DNA from: Thermoproteota archaeon
Lineage (GTDB): Archaea > Korarchaeota > Korarchaeia > Korarchaeales > Korarchaeaceae
Direction: 5' to 3'
DNA: 29,254 nt
NCBI GenBank assembly: GCA_037917625.1
Contig: JAVCBY010000061.1
Location: 1-29,254 of the forward strand
The first letter of the stretch is position 1. The number at the start of each line of letters is the position of its first letter. The notes beneath the pieces were generated by a model. The model ran no database searches and was not told the origin of the DNA. It was given only the letters and a program-made list of their open reading frames with translations. The position numbers and the translations under genes are program-made. Of the stretch, positions 24,710 to 29,254 are shown in pieces.

Positions 24710-25499
24710 CTCCTATCCGGATCTTCCTCCCATCGAATCCCCTCCAGTATCTCCCGAAGTCCTCAGATAAGCTGAGGGTCCTCGCATCGAAGACGGGCCC
24801 ATCCCTGCAGACGAGGAGGCCTAAGGGGTCAAGAGAACAGGATCCGCAGATCCCAATAGAGCATCTTATCAATCTCTCCATCGAGATCTCAGCGTATATG
24901 TTTCTATTAAGGGCCTCCCTGACTACCTCGACGAGCATAGCCTCTGGGCCGGCTGAATATATCGCTTGGGGCCAATCGAAATCTATGAGCTCAACTACTC
25001 TCCCCTTGAGCCCATACGATCCATCCTCAGTCGTTATTATGAGCTCATCGGAAATAGAGCTCAGTAAGTCCTCTAGAAGAACTTCCTCTTTCCTCTTGAA
25101 CCCAGCATAAAACCTTATCTTAGCGTCACCCCTCTCCTTCAGTCTCTCGGATAGGGATATGAGTGGGGAGATACCGTAGCCTCCGCCTATGAGGCAGCAA
25201 TTTCCATTTCTGAGGCTGAAACCCCTCCCATAAGGTCCTCTGACCCAGAGCTCCTCTCCAACTTTGAGGGAGTGGATAGCTGAGCTGACCTTACCCACTT
25301 TAGCTACTAAGATCCAAGTCTCTCCCCTCGGCTCCCTAGCTATGCTTATTGGTATCTCACCCACTTTGGGGACCCAGATCATCGCATACTGGCCAGGAGA
25401 AGACCCTAGATTCCCCTCTAAGACTATCTTCTTAACTTTCTCACTGAGCTTCTCACTCTCAATTATTCTCATCACTTTATACGCCTGATAATTGCTCAA
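24681..25499 (-). CDS. pyrK: Dihydroorotate dehydrogenase electron-transfer subunit
   Basis: PGQYAMIW, RGPYGRGF, GGGYGISP, CSIGICGSC...VCRDGPVF (2Fe-2S). Confidence 0.9.
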   Translation of the reverse strand: MSNYQAYKVMRIIESEKLSEKVKKIVLEGNLGSSPGQYAMIWVPKVGEIPISIAREPRGETWILVAKVGKVSSAIHSLKVGEELWVRGPYGRGFSLRNGNCCLIGGGYGISPLISLSERLKERGDAKIRFYAGFKRKEEVLLEDLLSSISDELIITTEDGSYGLKGRVVELIDFDWPQAIYSAGPEAMLVEVVREALNRNIYAEISMERLIRCSIGICGSCSLDPLGLLVCRDGPVFDARTLSLSEDFGRYWRGFDGRKIRIGGESIGMLLR

Positions 25500-25950
25500 T
25501 TATATCCTCCTCTCTCAAGTACTCCCCGCAGTACTCACATACCATCCTAAGGGGGTTCTCAGATAGAAGAGTGAATGAAGGTTTTGCTGCCTCCCTAGGG
25601 GCGTTAGTGACACAATTCGGGTTTAAGCACCTCAATATACCTACTACCCTCCGCGGTAGCTCGACTCTCCTCTTCGAAGCTACCTCGAAGTTTCTGATTA
25701 TGTTTATAGTAGCTGATGGAGCTATTAAGGATATCTTATCGACTTCCTCCTTGCTGAGCTCCCTTCCCTCTATCTTGACTATGTCCTTCTTTCCCAATTT
25801 CCTGCTAGGAACGTTCATCACGAGAGCTACGACGCCATCCCTCTCCCCAGTTATCCCTAGAAGTTTAAGCACCCTCAACGCTCTCCCAGCTGGTATATGA
25901 TCTATGACGGTACCATCCGCTATCCTCCTAACTACGAGCTCTTCCTTCAT
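25477..25950 (-). CDS. pyrI: Aspartate carbamoyltransferase regulatory chain
   Basis: [27 protein letters not shown]...CEYC Zn site. Confidence 0.96.
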   Translation of the reverse strand: MKEELVVRRIADGTVIDHIPAGRALRVLKLLGITGERDGVVALVMNVPSRKLGKKDIVKIEGRELSKEEVDKISLIAPSATINIIRNFEVASKRRVELPRRVVGILRCLNPNCVTNAPREAAKPSFTLLSENPLRMVCEYCGEYLREEDIIEQLSGV

Positions 25951-26837
25951 GGTATCACCTCCGATAATAGGGCCATCCTGACGGGAACCCCGTTAGCTGC
26001 TTGCTTGAAGTAATAAGCGTGAGGAGTGGAATCCACATCTAAGGAGATCTCATCGACCCTAGGGAGAGGATGAAGTATCATCAATCCCTCCTTAGCATCC
26101 TTTAGGATGGAAGAATCTACTTTATAACTGCCCTTAACTCTCTCATATTCTGAGGGATCCGGGAACCTCTCCTTCTGAACTCTAGTCACGTATAAGACGT
26201 CGAGCTCCGCTAGAACCTCTTTGAGATCTGAGAACTCCCATGGCATCTTAAGGGAGTCTAGGAGCTCCTGCTTAGGTCTTAATCCTTCTGGACATATTAG
26301 ATAAACTTTTTTCGGAGAGTAGAGGTTTAGAGCTTTTAAGAAGCTGGCAGCAGCCCTCCCATACCTTAAATCTCCCAGCACACCGTAAGTCAAGTTGTCC
26401 AAATTACCCTTCTCCTTCCATATTGTGTAGAGATCTATCATGGCTTGAGTCGGATGATTCTTCGTCCCATCCCCAGCGTTTATGACGGGGGATTCAGCTA
26501 GCTCAGCTGCGAGCTTCGCTGCCCCCTCCAAGCTATGTCTAACGACGATCCCATCAGCGTAAGAATCCAGCATCCTTATGGTATCTGAGAAGCTCTCACC
26601 CTTAGCTATAGATGTGGAATGAGCAGCTTCAAAACTTATATAATTGCCACCTAACCTCAAAGTAGCTGTCTCGAAGCTGAATCTAGTCCTAGTGCTCGGC
26701 TCGAAGAAGGCCATCGCTATTATCTTCCCCTTGAGCTCATCCCCCTGAAACTTAGATGAAGCTACCCTGAAAAGCCTCTCGAGATCGCTCCTCCTTATAT
26801 CGGAAATAGAGATTATATCCTTACCCCTCAAACTCAT
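25947..26837 (-). CDS. pyrB: Aspartate carbamoyltransferase catalytic chain
   Basis: [39 protein letters not shown]. Confidence 0.97.
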   Translation of the reverse strand: MSLRGKDIISISDIRRSDLERLFRVASSKFQGDELKGKIIAMAFFEPSTRTRFSFETATLRLGGNYISFEAAHSTSIAKGESFSDTIRMLDSYADGIVVRHSLEGAAKLAAELAESPVINAGDGTKNHPTQAMIDLYTIWKEKGNLDNLTYGVLGDLRYGRAAASFLKALNLYSPKKVYLICPEGLRPKQELLDSLKMPWEFSDLKEVLAELDVLYVTRVQKERFPDPSEYERVKGSYKVDSSILKDAKEGLMILHPLPRVDEISLDVDSTPHAYYFKQAANGVPVRMALLSEVIP

Positions 26838-27418
26838 ACTCCTACCTCCCTGAGGTAGTTCAGAGCATAAACTCTCTCCCTCTCCGGGAGGGAATCCAGG
26901 ACTAGCTTGACTATATCTGGGAGGGTCGCTAAGCTCTTCAATTCTATACCCTCCTCTTTAAGGCTCTCAGTCGCTCCCTGCATCCTATCTATCACTACCC
27001 AAGCTTCCTTGACATCTGGTCCGGAGCTCCTAACGATCCTAGCAGCGTTCAGTATTGAGCCTCCTGTCGTAGCTACATCATCTATTATTACGTAGCTCTT
27101 CATGTTCAAGGAGCCTTCCAAGAGGCTTTCAGTCCCATGCTCCTTCCTCTCCTTTCTCACGTATATTAGGGGCCTTCTAGATATCATCGCGACAGCTGTA
27201 GCTAGTGGAAGCCCGCCTACAGCTACTCCGCAGATACCGAAATCCCCATCCATTCTCTTAGAAATCTCCGTAGCTATCTTCATGAATTCATCTGGGAAAG
27301 ATGGAAGAGGCCTAAGATCCACGTATATATTACTCCTCTTCCCAGATGTCAGTGTGAACTCCCCGAACTTCAGCATACCCCTCGAGATCAGGATCATCCC
27401 CAACTCATGAGCGTCCAT
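26834..27418 (-). CDS. pyrE: Orotate phosphoribosyltransferase
   Basis: [43 protein letters not shown] 27418 follows GGGGTG. Confidence 0.94.
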   Translation of the reverse strand: MDAHELGMILISRGMLKFGEFTLTSGKRSNIYVDLRPLPSFPDEFMKIATEISKRMDGDFGICGVAVGGLPLATAVAMISRRPLIYVRKERKEHGTESLLEGSLNMKSYVIIDDVATTGGSILNAARIVRSSGPDVKEAWVVIDRMQGATESLKEEGIELKSLATLPDIVKLVLDSLPERERVYALNYLREVGV

Positions 27419-28073
27419 GGATGACACCCCTCTGAGCCTCGACAACTCTCGTGGCTTCCAGTTTAGGGTCCTCGCTCCCCGATATGCTCCTCCCCACTAT
27501 CTCGAAGTCCGCCCCAGCAGCTATAGCGGAGCCGGGTTCAGCCCCCTGAGCTCCTACGCCTGGGGAGAATATCCTAACGTTTGGGAGCCTCCTTCTAGCT
27601 TCTCTTATCATCTCCGGTCTGGTAGCGCCTACTACTATCCCATCAACACCTAAAAGCTCAGCTTCATCTAGCAACTTCTCGAAATTCCCCCTGAAGAACT
27701 TCGCCTCCGGATGGCTCATAGCTGCAACTCCTATCAATTCCATCCTCACATCGTACCTCCTATGGCCCGTGAATAAGTGTATTACTGAGGCATCGAAGCC
27801 CTCTCGCTCCAATCCCTTGAGGATGTAATGGACGACTTCAGGTATATCAGCGAGCTTGTAATCAGCTATCCAGTAGTAATCTGGGAAATCCCTTATGAGC
27901 TCTCTTATCCCATCGAACCCCAGGGAGAGAGTTATCGGGAAGCCAACTTTGACTCCAACCGCTAAGTCGCGAAGCTCACTCAGTATTCCCCTGATATCCT
28001 TAGATGGGAAGTCCAGGGCTAGGATGAGCCTAGAATCGAGGGAAGAACACCTAGATGAAAGCTTGCTACCTAT
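27405..28073 (-). CDS. pyrF: Orotidine-5'-phosphate decarboxylase; true N-terminus extends far beyond the ORF-track start and has no in-frame ATG/GTG/TTG (start placed tentatively at ATA 28073)
   Basis: Reading upstream of 27812 in frame gives SRLILALDF...GVKVGFP...IADYKLADIP (catalytic DxKxxD); downstream SPGVGAQG and IVGRSI; frame is open to 28121. Confidence 0.88.
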   Translation of the reverse strand: MGSKLSSRCSSLDSRLILALDFPSKDIRGILSELRDLAVGVKVGFPITLSLGFDGIRELIRDFPDYYWIADYKLADIPEVVHYILKGLEREGFDASVIHLFTGHRRYDVRMELIGVAAMSHPEAKFFRGNFEKLLDEAELLGVDGIVVGATRPEMIREARRRLPNVRIFSPGVGAQGAEPGSAIAAGADFEIVGRSISGSEDPKLEATRVVEAQRGVIHGRS

Positions 28074-28102
28074 CGGAACCCTTCCATAAGGTCCGCTATC
28101 CT

Positions 28103-29254
28103 CTATATAATCTTTGGTCCCTCATCGTGAAGTCCAGCTATGGGTCTCAATAGCTCTTTAAGTGCGGGGCTCACCACGGTCATCTCCCTCTCAGGCCCTA
28201 AACCGATCATCACTATCTTAACATTCAATTCCCTCTCAATGAACTCTATGTAAGCTTTCATTTCCTCAGGGATTCTCTCCCATCCATCTCTAACTACAGA
28301 CTTCCAATCAAGTTCCTTCCATCCCTCAAATTCCTCATAGACGGGCTTCGCCTTCCCGAGCTCATCCGCATAAGGAGGAGCTATCTTGAACTCCTTCCCA
28401 TCTATCTCATAAGCCACAGCTATCTTCAGCTTCCTCAGACCTGAGAGGACATCTAACTTCCTCAGGGCGACGTATCCAATACCATTTATCAGGGTTGAGT
28501 ATTTGAGCATGGGTATGTCCAGCCATCCCACTCTCCTAGGCCTCCCAGTCGTGGTACCATATTCACCACCTCTCTCCCTTATCATATCGGCCTCGGGCCC
28601 GAAGAGCTCCGTTGGGAAGGGTCCAGCCCCTACTCTAGATGTGTAAGCCTTTGAGACCCCTAATACTGCATCTATTGAGAGAGGGCTCACACCAACGCCA
28701 GTGCAAGCTCCTCCAGCTATCGTGTTAGATGAAGTGACGTAAGGGTAGGTACCGTGATCCACATCGAGCATAGTCCCCTGGGCCCCCTCGAATATCACGA
28801 TCTTCCCCATCGCTATAGCTTCGTTGACCTCCATGTGATCTTCCCCGACGAAGGGCCTGAGGAATTCCCTCCAAGTCTCAGCCCTCCTGAGGATCTCTCT
28901 CAAGTACTCATCTAGATCCCCCTTCAATACGCCAGAGTTCCTCAACTCAGCTTCCTTCACTTTCATGACTCTCCTCAACTTCTCAGGGAAGTCCTCGGAG
29001 AGGAGGTCCCTCACCTTGAGTCCGGATATCCTTGCCATCTTATCCTGGTATGCGGGCCCTATCCCCCTCTTCGTGGTCCCGAGGGATTCACCAGCTGTAG
29101 CAGCATCCAGCTCCTTGTGGTAGGGTAGGAGGAGAGTCGCCTTCATGGATACGATGAGATCGATATCCTTAACTTCTTTCCTCAATTCATTCATCTCCTC
29201 CATGAACACTTCAGGATCGAAAGCTACTCCCGCACCTATAACGCACTTCTTCCC
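28103..29254 (-). CDS. purA: Adenylosuccinate synthetase (5' end outside the window)
   Basis: GTTKRGIGPAYQDK, FEGAQGTMLDVDHGTYPYVTSS, GTTTGRPRRVGWLD, KLDVL; frame is open to the window edge (GKKCVIGAGVAFDP). Confidence 0.96.
   Translation of the reverse strand, partial: GKKCVIGAGVAFDPEVFMEEMNELRKEVKDIDLIVSMKATLLLPYHKELDAATAGESLGTTKRGIGPAYQDKMARISGLKVRDLLSEDFPEKLRRVMKVKEAELRNSGVLKGDLDEYLREILRRAETWREFLRPFVGEDHMEVNEAIAMGKIVIFEGAQGTMLDVDHGTYPYVTSSNTIAGGACTGVGVSPLSIDAVLGVSKAYTSRVGAGPFPTELFGPEADMIRERGGEYGTTTGRPRRVGWLDIPMLKYSTLINGIGYVALRKLDVLSGLRKLKIAVAYEIDGKEFKIAPPYADELGKAKPVYEEFEGWKELDWKSVVRDGWERIPEEMKAYIEFIERELNVKIVMIGLGPEREMTVVSPALKELLRPIAGLHDEGPKII

Noticed and set aside
1156-28089. Many short antisense or overlapping ORFs in the ORF track (e.g. 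3615-3986, 5263-5682, 7887-8378, 14991-15434, 21176-21364, 21241-21486, 24499-25110)
   Set aside because: They are shadow frames of well-supported genes or of the structured RNA, mostly Ser/Leu/Ile/Pro-rich, with no recognisable motifs.

Overview
Archaeal chromosomal window from a probable (hyper)thermophile. BRE/TATA promoters, GGAGG/GGTGA Shine-Dalgarno (SD) sites, a Thermococcales-like class II RNR and a Thermoprotei-like Nuo cluster suggest a TACK lineage, possibly Korarchaeota (inference). In order: a minus-strand membrane/regulator operon (Yip1, DUF4097-like, ArsR, DedA, GNAT); a wHTH gene with 5' tandem repeats plus lysC-asd; dcd; a B12-dependent RNR broken by one in-frame TAA; cobO; an 11-subunit complex I-like operon (nuoABCDHIJKMLN); a cryptic ~500-bp region; a YkgJ-type Cys-cluster protein; a PD-(D/E)xK-like protein; pyruvate kinase; and a minus-strand purA-pyrF-pyrE-pyrB-pyrI-pyrK-pyrC cluster. 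The strongest novelty candidate is an unannotated 94-nt GC-rich four-way-junction RNA (21324-21417) with its own promoter. Also notable are the nonsense codon in nrdJ, a pyrF with no canonical start codon, and a tandem repeat of translation-initiation units upstream of lysC-asd. No CRISPR array, rRNA, canonical tRNA or mobile element was seen. All calls are by eye; no searches were run.
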